Below are positions 1 through 10,800 of a DNA stretch of 32,000 nucleotides, piece by piece. Where the stretch lies: contig NZ_FTMA01000001.1 in assembly GCF_900155985.1 (NCBI RefSeq), forward strand, positions 1,714,655 to 1,746,654, written 5' to 3'. Numbering within the stretch: position 1 is the stretch's first letter; each line of letters starts with the position of its first letter. A model generated the notes under the pieces. The model saw only the letters and a list, made by a program, of their open reading frames with translations, was not told where the DNA came from and ran no database searches. The position numbers were made by a program, and so were the translations under genes. Source of the stretch: Maribacter ulvicola. Its GTDB lineage: Bacteria; Bacteroidota; Bacteroidia; Flavobacteriales; Flavobacteriaceae.

Positions 1-1865
1 AAATTGTAAAAGATGATGTCGCCATACCAAAAAACGGTATTGTTTTTATATTGGGAACTCCAGATTCCAGTACACTTATTAAAGATTTAGCATTAAATGG
101 TCAACTAGTTATTTCTAAAGTAATTCCAGGTTCTAGAGGAGGGGTTTGGGCAAAAGCCACATATGCCGAAACCAATGAGGGCATTGTTATCGCTGGATCT
201 GATGTTCAAGGTTTGCAATATGCTATTTATGATTATGCTAAAGAAGTATTAAGTATAAATCCATTAGAATATTGGACAGGAAAAATACCTAAGAAAAAAA
301 CAATAGACGACCTTTTCAATTTCACTGCTAAAACCATTGCACCGCCTAAGGTACCTTTGCTAGTTTATTTTGAAAATGATGTTGATGAGCTTGCAAATTA
401 TAGAGGTAAACTTCTCGAGTATGATTGGGAGAGCTATACAGAAATGATCAATTCTTTGGTGCGTCTTCGTTATAATGCCATTCAGTTTTTTGACATGCTT
501 GGTAGACCAGAGTTTTATGTGAGACCAGAATATAAAAAATTAAATCCAGATTATCAGATAGATATCGATTATCTCAATAAGATGATGGACTATGCCAAAT
601 TGAAAGGCATGAAAATTCAAATTGATTTTGAGTTAGGGTATCAAATACATCCTCTGGATGAAAGTAAGGCAGATTGTTGGTCTAAATATAAAGAAGATTG
701 GCTTAATGCGTGGAAATATTATTTGGAACAAACACCATTAATTAAGACAGATATTTTTGTCTTAAGACCTCGAAACCAAGTGTGGGATTGGGAATATAAA
801 AGCTCTTGTGGTGAATCTAAAATTGAAGTTTTTAACGAAGTGTATGAAGAATTTGGAAAGTTAGTGGACCAGTATAACAAAAATGCTATAAAAGTTGCTA
901 TATGTTATAGTGATGGAATGGACATGTTTAACGAGGGCTTTAGCCCGCCAAAAGATTGGAAAGTGATATGGTCTGATCACGGATTTGGAACTTTTGATCA
1001 TGAAATAATAGATACAAAGGGTTATGATTTCGGTACTTATATGCATGCAGGCTATTGGTTGAACCATACCGTTCACAATCCTTATCCTGAGAAAGTAGGG
1101 TCTGTTATGAAAGAAATGTTTCAGAAATATGATGCTGATAATTATTGCTTGGTAAACGGACAAAATTTTAGACCTTTTCTATTAAATCTTGAAGCGTATA
1201 GTCAAGTATGCTATGACCCTGAGAAATTTAATGCAGATAATTTCTATAAATCATGGACCAAACAATACTTTTCCGAAACGGCAGCTGAGTATGCCGTTTC
1301 ATCAATGAAATTGCTGCATGAAGCACAGCAGGGTAGAAAAGGTTACGTAGAACATTTATGGGAGATTAGAGAAGCTGTTTCTTACTTGTCTAATACGCCA
1401 ATAATTAGGCCTGGTAAAACACCCATTCCTTATGATTATAATCGTGTTTTGGGTGATATAGATAACACTGGTAGGGTAGAGAAAGTGCTACATAAATCAC
1501 TTTCTGAAGCAGAATTGGGTTACGGGGCAATGCATGAAAACAGTAATTTCTATCACGCCTATATTCTGCTTCCTGTACAGTTGTATTCAGATTTAATTGC
1601 TTTTGAGAGACAACTTCATAAAATGTCATTACTGAAAAAGCAGTTCGAGATAACCAAAAATCAAAAATTTTTGAACGCAGCAATAGCAAATTTACCAACA
1701 GCAAAAAACAAGCTTAAAACCATCTTTGATCGTAGAAAATCTGGCGATTTAGATGATAAATGGAAAAACTGGTATTCTATAGAAATTAGAAGACAGAATA
1801 ACGGTTTTCCAACTTATGATATGCTTGATGCAATAGAAGCTAACCTGATTAAAATGACACTTTAA
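1..1865 (+). CDS. Putative glycoside hydrolase, 5'-truncated by the window edge. The family is uncertain: possibly distant GH115/GH67-N-like or DUF4838-like.
   Basis: Frame 3 is open from nt 3 (IVKDDVAIPKNGIVFILGTPDSSTLIKDL...). The TTG at 51 in the ORF track is therefore an artefact and the gene starts left of the window. The stop is at 1863-1865. The segment IVFILGTP..LIKDL..GQL.....GS.G..YAIYDY resembles the N-terminal domain of GH115/GH67-type enzymes. The following YRG...Y.E.INSLVRLRYNAIQF resembles the start of their TIM barrel but is divergent. It lies 7-10 nt upstream of the GH92 gene on the same strand. Confidence 0.7.
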   Translation, partial: IVKDDVAIPKNGIVFILGTPDSSTLIKDLALNGQLVISKVIPGSRGGVWAKATYAETNEGIVIAGSDVQGLQYAIYDYAKEVLSINPLEYWTGKIPKKKTIDDLFNFTAKTIAPPKVPLLVYFENDVDELANYRGKLLEYDWESYTEMINSLVRLRYNAIQFFDMLGRPEFYVRPEYKKLNPDYQIDIDYLNKMMDYAKLKGMKIQIDFELGYQIHPLDESKADCWSKYKEDWLNAWKYYLEQTPLIKTDIFVLRPRNQVWDWEYKSSCGESKIEVFNEVYEEFGKLVDQYNKNAIKVAICYSDGMDMFNEGFSPPKDWKVIWSDHGFGTFDHEIIDTKGYDFGTYMHAGYWLNHTVHNPYPEKVGSVMKEMFQKYDADNYCLVNGQNFRPFLLNLEAYSQVCYDPEKFNADNFYKSWTKQYFSETAAEYAVSSMKLLHEAQQGRKGYVEHLWEIREAVSYLSNTPIIRPGKTPIPYDYNRVLGDIDNTGRVEKVLHKSLSEAELGYGAMHENSNFYHAYILLPVQLYSDLIAFERQLHKMSLLKKQFEITKNQKFLNAAIANLPTAKNKLKTIFDRRKSGDLDDKWKNWYSIEIRRQNNGFPTYDMLDAIEANLIKMTL

Positions 1866-1875
1866 TTTTACATTG

Positions 1876-4203
1876 ATGATACTAACAAATACATATAAGA
1901 ATAGTTTTGCGATGCTTGCTCTATTGCTTCTTTTTCAAGTTTCTTGTAAAAATGATATTACTTCGACCAAAGATGAGGTTGTTGAAAATATTGATTATAC
2001 GGCTAAAGTATATCCATTATTAGATTCTGAGAATTCTAGATGGTTCTACTTTTCATCTGCCAGTAGACCATTTGGTATGGTAAATTTGAGTCCAGATACT
2101 CAAATAGGTGGTGCTTGGGGTAGTGGCTATCGTTATAAAACCGATACCATAAAAGGTTTTAGCCATATTCATGCATGGCAAATGTCTGGGGTATCGGTTA
2201 TGCCCGTCACCACTAAAAATGAAACTAAAAAAGAAATTTTTAAAAATTTTCATTCAAAATTTAGTCATGAATCCGAGACGGTGACACCAGGTTATCATAA
2301 AGTGGAATTAGACAGATATCAAATTCAGGTAGAACTTACAAGTTCTAAAAGGGTGGGGCTTCATAAATACAGATACCCTGAAAACGACCAAGAAAAGGCA
2401 GTACTTTTTAATTTGAATACCCTTTTAGGTCCAAGCAAAAATGTCAATGGTTTGTTACGTCAAATATCTAAAAATGAACTTTCTGGAAATGTTACAATGG
2501 CAGCTACGCATAGAAGACCTAAACCTTTGACCGTTTTTTTTAAAGTGGTATTAAATAGTACTATTACTTCGTTAGAACATGATAAAGAAACCGGTAATTA
2601 TATGGTTGTTTTAGATGAGCATCAGAATAATGTATTAATGAAAGTTGGTATTTCTTATACCTCAATAGCTAACGCTTCTATTAATATTGAATCTGAGTTG
2701 CCTCATTGGAATTTTAATGAGACTAGAGATTCAGCTAAGCAAGAATGGAATGGTTTATTACAAAGAATTGAAGTTGAAGGAGGCTCTGATCAAGACCAGA
2801 GAAGGTTTTATACAGATTTATGGCATGCTTTACAGGGTAGAAGGATTATTAGTGATTATAACGGTGCTTATCCAGATAATACAGGAAATGACTTTAAGGT
2901 AGGGCAATTGCCTTTAGATGAGAATGATAGACCTAAATTCAATCATTTTAATTCAGACTCTTTTTGGGGGGCACAGTGGACTTTGAATACGCTTTGGGGA
3001 TTAGTATATCCTGAAATTATGGACGAGTTCTCAAATTCATTAATGCAGTATTATAAAGATGGCGGATTTATACCTCGTGGCCCTTCTGGAGGAAATTATA
3101 CATATGTAATGACAGGGGCAAGTGCTACACCTTTTATTGTTACGGCAATTCAAAAAGGTATTATTAAAGATGATTTGGAAACTATTTACCAAGCATTAAA
3201 GAAAAACCATTTAGTTGGTGGTATTATGGGGAAATCAGGTTATGAGCATAATACCACTATTGGCGGCGGACTAAAATATTATACCAGTCAGGGTTATGTG
3301 CCATATCCTTTGCCAGAGGGGTATTATGGTAGCCATCAAGATGGTGCTAGTTTAACCATGGAATATGCGTACCAAGACTGGACGTTGGCACAATTAGCGA
3401 AAAAGATGGGTTATAAAGAAGATTATGATTATTTCTTAGGGAGGTCTTCTAATTACAAAAATGTTTTTGATTCTGAAATTGGATGGATGCGTCCCAAAAA
3501 TGTTGATGGTCAATGGAAAGTGGATTATGATGCCTATCAAGCAGAACATGGTTTTATAGAATCTAACGGAGCACAATCTACTTGGTTTGTGCCACATGAT
3601 TTGGTTGGACTGGCTAGTTTAATGGGAGGGAAAGACGCTGCTGTTAAAAAGCTAAACGAACAGTTTGAAACTGCAGAAGATTTAGGTTTTACGGCAGGTA
3701 CATCGCATGCAGTGGAACTACACCCAGAGTACAGTAGAATTCCGATCAATTTTGGTAATCAACCCTCTATACAAACAGCATTTATTTTTCATCAATTGGG
3801 TAGACCTGACTTAACTCAGGTATGGTCAAGAAAAGTGGCAAAAACTGTTTTTGGCGGTTTGTCACCATCCACCGGATACAATGGAGATGAAGACCAAGGA
3901 TTAATGGGCAGTTTAGCTGTGCTTATGAAAATAGGGTTGTTTCAAATGAATGGAGGTACGGAAGCAAATCCTGAATATCAAATAGGAAGTCCTATTTTTG
4001 ATACCATTCGTATAAAATTAAATCCTGATTATTATTCTGGAAATGTATTCACAATCAATGCAAAAAATAATAGTGCAGAAAATGTCTTTGTATCAGAAGT
4101 TGCGTTTAATAACAAAAAATTAGAAGAGAATAGTCTTAAACATGACGAAATTGTAAAAGGTGGATCGTTAAATTTGCATATGGTGCCTACACCTCCAAAT
4201 TAA
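1876..4203 (+). CDS. GH92 family alpha-mannosidase (divergent), lipoprotein
   Basis: The ATG at 1876 follows the TTG at 1873 used in the ORF track. There is a signal peptide with a lipobox (LLLLFQVSC). GH92-like motifs are present: RPFGMVNLSPDT, KGFSHIH, and NGDEDQGLMGSLAV, which corresponds to the GNDDxGQMSAW catalytic-base region, followed by YQIGSPIFD. The length of about 775 aa is typical of GH92. Confidence 0.85.
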   Translation: MILTNTYKNSFAMLALLLLFQVSCKNDITSTKDEVVENIDYTAKVYPLLDSENSRWFYFSSASRPFGMVNLSPDTQIGGAWGSGYRYKTDTIKGFSHIHAWQMSGVSVMPVTTKNETKKEIFKNFHSKFSHESETVTPGYHKVELDRYQIQVELTSSKRVGLHKYRYPENDQEKAVLFNLNTLLGPSKNVNGLLRQISKNELSGNVTMAATHRRPKPLTVFFKVVLNSTITSLEHDKETGNYMVVLDEHQNNVLMKVGISYTSIANASINIESELPHWNFNETRDSAKQEWNGLLQRIEVEGGSDQDQRRFYTDLWHALQGRRIISDYNGAYPDNTGNDFKVGQLPLDENDRPKFNHFNSDSFWGAQWTLNTLWGLVYPEIMDEFSNSLMQYYKDGGFIPRGPSGGNYTYVMTGASATPFIVTAIQKGIIKDDLETIYQALKKNHLVGGIMGKSGYEHNTTIGGGLKYYTSQGYVPYPLPEGYYGSHQDGASLTMEYAYQDWTLAQLAKKMGYKEDYDYFLGRSSNYKNVFDSEIGWMRPKNVDGQWKVDYDAYQAEHGFIESNGAQSTWFVPHDLVGLASLMGGKDAAVKKLNEQFETAEDLGFTAGTSHAVELHPEYSRIPINFGNQPSIQTAFIFHQLGRPDLTQVWSRKVAKTVFGGLSPSTGYNGDEDQGLMGSLAVLMKIGLFQMNGGTEANPEYQIGSPIFDTIRIKLNPDYYSGNVFTINAKNNSAENVFVSEVAFNNKKLEENSLKHDEIVKGGSLNLHMVPTPPN

Positions 4204-4231
4204 AATTATTGTTTGTCAAATTCCAAAATTT

Positions 4232-5293
4232 ATGAGATTTATTCCTTTTTGTATTATAACTTTTGCGGTTTTCAGTCTAATAAGCTGTAAAAGCGAATAT
4301 GTAGCATTAAACCATATTCAGGTAATTGGTAGTCACAACAGTTATAAAATAGCTATAGAAAAACCGTTGTTTGATTACCTGTTCAGGGTAGATGAAGAAA
4401 AATTAAAAAGCCTAGAGTACACTCATATTTCTTTAGAGGAGCAATTGAATTTGGGTTTAAGAAATTTAGAGCTAGATGTTTTTTATGATCCCAAAGGTGG
4501 TCATTTTTCAAAGCCAAAAGGATTGGAAATTGTTAGATCTTTAGGGCAGGAACCTTTAGGGTACGATGAAGAATTAAAGCTTAATCAACCAGGGTTGAAA
4601 ATGTTTCATATTCAGGATATTGATTTTAGAAGTCATGCACTTTTGTTCACAGACGGATTAAAAGCATTGCGTAATTGGTCTGATCAAAACCCCAATCATA
4701 CGCCTATAATCATACTAATAAATACCAAAGATCAAGAAGTACCGCAAACTAGAAAACCGTTAGCTTTTGATAAGAATGCTTTTAATGCGCTTGATAATGA
4801 AATTAGAAGTGTATTTAAAGCTGATCAAATAATTACTCCAGATAATGTTCGCGGAAATTTTGAAACTCTTGAAGAAGCGGTTTTAACTAAAGGATGGCCC
4901 AGTTTAAAAAAGGTAAAGGGTAAATTCTTATTTGTATTGGATGAAAATGAAGCAAAAATCAATACCTATTTAGAAGGAGATGAAACGCAAAAAGAAAGAG
5001 TACTCTTTGTAAATAGTAAAGAGGGAAATGCCAACGCAGCATTTAGAATTGTAAATGACCCGGTTAAAGACTTTGACTATATCAAAGAATTGGTTAAAAA
5101 AGGATATATGGTTCGTACACGTGCAGATGCTGCTACTAAAGAAGCAAGAACTAATAGCTATGATAAATTTGAAAAAGCAAAAGCAACTGGTGCCCAGGTG
5201 ATTTCTACAGATTATTATCTGCCTTCTACTTTATTTAATTCTGATTATAAAGTGATTTTTGAGAATGGAACCTATGAAAAAATTAAAAAGTAA
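4232..5293 (+). CDS. Phosphatidylinositol-specific phospholipase C-like protein (PI-PLC X-domain / Ca-dependent PI-PLC-C1-like), lipoprotein
   Basis: The lipobox signal is FAVFSLISC. It has a VIGSHNSYK motif (the catalytic His region of the PLC X-box TIM barrel) and LELDVFYDP. The size of about 350 aa matches bacterial PI-PLC1-like proteins. It starts 28 nt after the GH92 stop. Confidence 0.6.
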   Translation: MRFIPFCIITFAVFSLISCKSEYVALNHIQVIGSHNSYKIAIEKPLFDYLFRVDEEKLKSLEYTHISLEEQLNLGLRNLELDVFYDPKGGHFSKPKGLEIVRSLGQEPLGYDEELKLNQPGLKMFHIQDIDFRSHALLFTDGLKALRNWSDQNPNHTPIIILINTKDQEVPQTRKPLAFDKNAFNALDNEIRSVFKADQIITPDNVRGNFETLEEAVLTKGWPSLKKVKGKFLFVLDENEAKINTYLEGDETQKERVLFVNSKEGNANAAFRIVNDPVKDFDYIKELVKKGYMVRTRADAATKEARTNSYDKFEKAKATGAQVISTDYYLPSTLFNSDYKVIFENGTYEKIKK

Positions 5294-5556
5294 TTTTAAG
5301 ATAGGAAGAATTGCTTTCACTACAACTAGCCTTCAAATGTCAATGGTATTGGTATAAAAGAAGATTTATTAGGTTTTAATAATGTTGTGTATTGTAAGGT
5401 TGTTATAGCTCATTTTTTACTTGTACTAAGGATGAAAAAGAGGCGAATTGACAGGTAAATACAGGGTTGGGAAACTTAAGTTTAGTAATTACGGCTTAAC
5501 CAAGAACCTTTAAATCTATAGTTTTAGTAAGAGATATTATAGCGAATAGTACGGTT

Positions 5557-5763
5557 TTGGAGTATGATTTTTATACATTTATTTTTGATGAACTCAAGGT
5601 CCGTTTACCGCCGGTTACAACTTACGATTTACATGCAGGTGTGAGCGTGCTTTATACCATTGCTATTACTGTTGCCATTTCCGTAATTGTTGGCTTTACA
5701 CTAAAGGGTGTAGTTAAGAATGAAAAAAGAATTTGCTGGAAAGTGCGCCAGTTTTTCAACTAA
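5557..5763 (+). CDS. Hypothetical small membrane protein (doubtful)
   Basis: This is a 68-codon ORF with a TTG start. It has one hydrophobic segment (VSVLYTIAITVAISVIVGFTL). I recognise no family and see no obvious RBS or promoter. It lies inside a 560-bp gap. Confidence 0.2.
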   Translation: MEYDFYTFIFDELKVRLPPVTTYDLHAGVSVLYTIAITVAISVIVGFTLKGVVKNEKRICWKVRQFFN

Positions 5764-5907
5764 ATAAATGATAAATCAAGATGTTAGGTGTACTTTAATA
5801 AAAGGTATAACAGGTTCAGTTATCTTGAATGATCAAGTAGAGAAAGATTTACAAGTATGGAAAAAGAGTTATGCGTTTACAAAAGAAACGTTCAAAAAAT
5901 AAAAATA

Positions 5908-7749
5908 ATGTCAATGAGATCAATAGGTAAGTTTCTATGTGTATTTCCTTTGATATTTATATGTTCATGTTCTAACAATAAGGGGAAAGAGTTGGCGAAT
6001 GTGAAAATCGCCTTCATTGCAGATGCACATTTTCAAGATATATATGCACATTTTGAAGATGCCGATTATAAAGGTATTGAGAATCCCAAAACTGGTGATT
6101 TTGTAAATATTAGAACAATGAATGCGCAATTACAATCTACTAGAATATTCAATGAAAATTATTTTGCTTTTATAGAGGCTTTAGATGACATTGTAGCAAG
6201 GGGAATAAAATATGTGGCATTGCCTGGAGATTTTAGTGATGACGGGCAACCCATACACGTAAAAGGATTACGCAAAATTTTGGATCAATACGCTAAAGAT
6301 CATGATATTTTATTTTTTGCAACGACAGGTAATCATGATCCTGTAAAACCATTTGCCCATGATGCCGGTAAGACAGATTTTTTGGGCAAGGGAGGTAGAG
6401 AGCAAATTATAACAAGTGTTGAAGATAAAAATAGCGCAGATGTAGATGGGCGATTAAAACCTATAATAACTTCAGAAATTCAAAAATGGGGCTATAAGGA
6501 TATACTGAACGAAATGTCTGCTTTTGGGTTTTATCCGCAGAAGGATTATATCTATTGGGAAACACCTTTTACGAAGTATACTTATGATAATTATAGTTAT
6601 AATAAGGCAGAAAGGGCATCAGTTTTAGACCAAAGAACATACGCCATAGATGCATTTAATAAACAACCGGATGCAAGCTATCTAGTAGAGCCGGTAGAAG
6701 GTGTTTGGCTTTTGGCCATTGACGCTAATGTATATATGCCCAATAAAGAATTAACAAAAGTATCTAACGATCCAAAAGATTTTTCAGGGGCAAGTATTGG
6801 TTATAATAATGTCTTGTTGCAGAAAACGCATTTAATTGCTTGGGTGAAAAAAGTAGCTGAACTAGCGAAGAAAAAAGCCAAGGTTTTAGTTGCATTTAGC
6901 CATTACCCTATGGTAGATTTTAATGATGATGCTTCAGAAGAAATGAAACAGTTTTTTGGTCCAGGAAAAATGCAACTACACCGGGTACCAAAAGAAGAAG
7001 TAGCATCAATTTTTGCCGATGCTGGAATACAAATTCATTTTGGAGGGCATATGCATATTAATGATACGGGGGTGAGAAAAAGTAAGGAAGGGAATACATT
7101 ATTTAATATTCAGACCCCTTCACTTGCAGCTTATGCGCCTGCATATAAAATATTAACAATTAAATCCAGGTCAGTATTTGAAATAGAAACCGTGGTGGTA
7201 GAAAAGGCTAAAAACTTCAACAGCTTATTTTCTTTGTATGAGCAAGAACATAAATTTAGACAGCGTACAGGAGCTAAATTAAACTGGAATAAAGCTATTT
7301 TAACTTCTAAAAATTATATGGAGTTTACTCAATGGCATTTAAAAGAACTAGTACGCTTGCGTTTTTTGCCAGAAGATTGGTCTAAAGAATTTACAGAAGA
7401 GTTTATAAGTAAAACAGGTTTTGACCTATTAACGTTATCAGAAAATTTGAATGCTGTTAAAACACAGCTATCATCTAAAGAAGTTGTCTTAGATGATTTT
7501 AGAAGCTGGACGGGTTTTGATATGATTTATGATTTTTATAGAATTAGAAGTGCAGATGAGCTGGCTTTTTCAGATATAGCCGAGTCTAGATTATTGCAGT
7601 ATAAAATGGTCTGTCAACAATTAAAAAAATCTACTAATGTAAATTACAGAATTTGGGCTGAAATTTTTGATAAAAGTAGTAAGGGCAAACCTTCTGATCA
7701 TTTCAAAATAGATTTGAATACAGATTCTATAAGTAGGTTGTCACCTTAA
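5908..7749 (+). CDS. Calcineurin-like metallophosphoesterase, lipoprotein (substrate unknown)
   Basis: All five metallophosphoesterase motifs are present in order: IADAHFQD (DxH), LPGDFSDDG (GDxxDxG), TTGNHD (GNHD), FSHYP (H) and GGHMH (GHxH). I prefer the start at ATG 5908 (MSMRSIGKFLCVFPLIFICSC, a lipobox signal) over the upstream ATG at 5857 used in the ORF track. Confidence 0.85.
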   Translation: MSMRSIGKFLCVFPLIFICSCSNNKGKELANVKIAFIADAHFQDIYAHFEDADYKGIENPKTGDFVNIRTMNAQLQSTRIFNENYFAFIEALDDIVARGIKYVALPGDFSDDGQPIHVKGLRKILDQYAKDHDILFFATTGNHDPVKPFAHDAGKTDFLGKGGREQIITSVEDKNSADVDGRLKPIITSEIQKWGYKDILNEMSAFGFYPQKDYIYWETPFTKYTYDNYSYNKAERASVLDQRTYAIDAFNKQPDASYLVEPVEGVWLLAIDANVYMPNKELTKVSNDPKDFSGASIGYNNVLLQKTHLIAWVKKVAELAKKKAKVLVAFSHYPMVDFNDDASEEMKQFFGPGKMQLHRVPKEEVASIFADAGIQIHFGGHMHINDTGVRKSKEGNTLFNIQTPSLAAYAPAYKILTIKSRSVFEIETVVVEKAKNFNSLFSLYEQEHKFRQRTGAKLNWNKAILTSKNYMEFTQWHLKELVRLRFLPEDWSKEFTEEFISKTGFDLLTLSENLNAVKTQLSSKEVVLDDFRSWTGFDMIYDFYRIRSADELAFSDIAESRLLQYKMVCQQLKKSTNVNYRIWAEIFDKSSKGKPSDHFKIDLNTDSISRLSP

Positions 7750-7824
7750 AATAAAAATAATTTATCATGGATTACCGCTTTTTAATCTTATAAAAAAACG
7801 TCACTCAACCACTTAAAACAATCA

Positions 7825-10800
7825 ATGCGATATATTTTTAGTGTATTAATAAGCATCTTGTTCTTCATTAATAGCTTGGTTGCGCAAGATATTAAATTTG
7901 AGCACTATAATGATGACAGTGGATTGTCTCATAATGCTGTACGCCATATTGTTCAAGATAAACATGGGTTTTTATGGCTAGGTACTTTTGCAGGTTTAAA
8001 CAGGTTTGATGGTTACGAGTTTAAATCTTATTTAAGCTCATCAACAGCAAAAAATAAGTTATATAATGATGATATAACCGATCTAGAACTTGATGAAGAC
8101 TCTAATAGCCTTTGGATCGGTACCAGAAAGGGACTGTCACTTTTTAAAACAGATACTCAGTTGTTTACAACATATTTGCCTAGCAAAGATGATGAAAATA
8201 GCCTGCCAGAAGCGGAAATTAGATCGGTTTTAGTAGATAAATTCAAAAAAGTATGGGTGGGGACAAAAAACAGCGGACTCTATAAATTTAATCCAGAGAC
8301 CCATGTTTTTAAAAGAGTTGAATTAAAGAATCTGAATTATATAAAAGAAATATTCGAAGACAAAAACGGAGATATTTGGGTAGGTAGTTATGAGTTTGGT
8401 GGTGTTGCAAAGTTAACTTTAGATAATAGAGGTGAAATTGCCAGCAAATTTTATTATGATTTGCCCATACCAAATTCAATAGAGAAGAACCCATATTTAA
8501 ATTTTATTTATGAAGATGCCAAGGCAGCTATTTTTGTTGGTACTAGAGAGGGTTTGTATAAGTTAGACAAGACTACAAATGAATTTGTACACCTAGGCAT
8601 TGAGGATGCCAAAATAAAGGATAGTTTAGGACCCTATTTTTTATCTGTAGTACGGGCCACGGATGGCAAATATTGGTTAGGTACTTTAGGGGGTTTAATT
8701 GTTTGCGATCAATTGGAAGATATTCCGTCTGGTAATTTTAAATGGCATTACTCCGTATTATCAGATGATACATCGTTAGTTGATAATTTAGTGTCGGCTT
8801 TATTTTTTGATACTTCCGGTGTACTGTGGGTGGGTACAGAAGACGGACTAGATAAATATGATCCCTATAAGAATCAATTCAATATCAACAAAGATATTTC
8901 TAAACATATTAACAATCAAGCCCCTAGAATTCGTGGTTTTGCAAAAACATTTGATGGACAGCTAATTGTAGCCACTAGGCATAATGGACTTTTTATCTCG
9001 AATAAAGAACATTTTGTACCGCTTTATAATAACCAAAAAGATATTGCAAGTATTTATTCTAATGACGGAATTACTTTTTATTGCGGTTTGTGGAACGGCA
9101 AGGTGTTGGTATATGATTATATGAAGAATACATCAAAAGAGATACAGATGGGTTTTGAGCAATCGCCCATATTTGCTTTTGAAAATATTGGGGAGAATCA
9201 ATTGTTGGTAGGGTCTTTTGGTGAAGGGGCAGTGATCTTAAATACCAAAAGTCTTAAGAAAGAGAAAAATACCGAAGTGATGTTAAGTGGCTATCAAATT
9301 AATGAAATAGTCAAAGAAGATGATCATAGTATTTGGTTTGCAACAGAATCTGGCGTTGTCCATTATATGACAGACAAAAATAAGACTGAATATTTTACAT
9401 CATCGGTAAAACCAGAAGAAGGTTTGCCCCATGATAATGTAAGTGATATCATGTTCGATAATAAAAATAGGTTATGGGCGGCAACTAGAAATGGAATAAG
9501 TAGGTTCAATTTCGATAACCAAAAATTTATGCCCTTACAGGAACCTAAAGAATTAAAAGGAAAATGGGTGACAGATATGTTAACCGATGCAAATGGTGAT
9601 ATCTGGTTTAATATGAATAGCAATGGTGTAGCTAGGTTAAAATCCAATTTAGAAGACTACAAGGTTTACGATGTTAAAAGTGGTAATAGGCTAGATGTTT
9701 TCAGTTCTAGTGGGTTCTATAGTTTTGAAGACTCTACTATTTATTTGGGTGGTAAGAATGGTATTATTTATTTTTCCCCAAATAAAATTAGTGAGAATAG
9801 CCTAGCGGAAAAACCTATGATTACCGAGTTTAAAATACAGAACGAAGTCATAAATCCAGGTTCAGAAATTAATGGTCAAGTTCCTTTAAAGAGAAATTTG
9901 AACGAAACACATGAAGTTATTTTAGACTATAAGAATAGAAATTTTTCTTTTCAATTCTCCACACCATCCTACGTAAATGAAAAATTGAACAAGTTTGAAT
10001 ATAAACTTGAAGGTTTTGATGAAAACTGGATTTCAACTACCAGTAATTCACGCACCGTACAGTATACGAACCTGTATCCCGGAGATTATACCTTTAAAAT
10101 AAAATCTAGTAACAGTGATGGTTTCTGGAGTGATGTTAATTCATATAAAATAACCATAACACCTCCTTTTTGGCTAACATACCAGGCGCTACTAGTGTTT
10201 ATTGCTTCTTTGATCCTAATAATATATTTAGTAAGAAAAGAAATGAAAAACAGACAGCGGTTAAGGCAAGAACTAGTTACTGAAAAAGTACTTAGGGAAA
10301 GAGATATTAAGCTTAATAATGAGAAACTTCGTTTTTTTACCAACATCTCTCATGAACTTAGAACACCATTAACCTTAATTCTGGGTCCTGCAAAACAATT
10401 ATTAGAAGAAAGTAACGAGAATAATAGCGCGTATCAAAAAAGTAGATTTAATTTAATTCATCAGAATGCAAATAGACTTTTAAGCTTGGTGAACCAGGTA
10501 CTAGATTTTAGAAAGGCACAAAGAGGAGAGTTAAAACTTAAGGTTTCTAAGACCGATATATTTTTATTTACCACAAATACTTTTGAGTTTTTTAAAGAGT
10601 TTGCCTTTAATAAACAAATTGAGCTTACTATCCATAGCGAGGTGGAATCATTATTTGGTTGGGTGGATAGAGATAAATTAGATAAAATACTTTACAATCT
10701 TTTGTCTAACGCAATTAAGTTTACCAACAAATATGGACATGTAAACCTGTCTATTAAATGTAAAGAAGACAATGGTAAAATATTGGTGATTAAGGTGAGC

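Noticed and set aside
51-53. A TTG start codon is assigned to the first ORF by the ORF track.
   Set aside because: The reading frame is open back to nt 3 and the upstream residues continue the same domain. The gene is truncated by the window rather than starting at 51.
5857-5907. The upstream ATG at 5857 is used as the start of the metallophosphoesterase in the ORF track.
   Set aside because: The 17 extra residues (MEKELCVYKRNVQKIKI) precede a textbook lipoprotein signal that begins at the ATG at 5908. I prefer the downstream start, although 5857 cannot be excluded.
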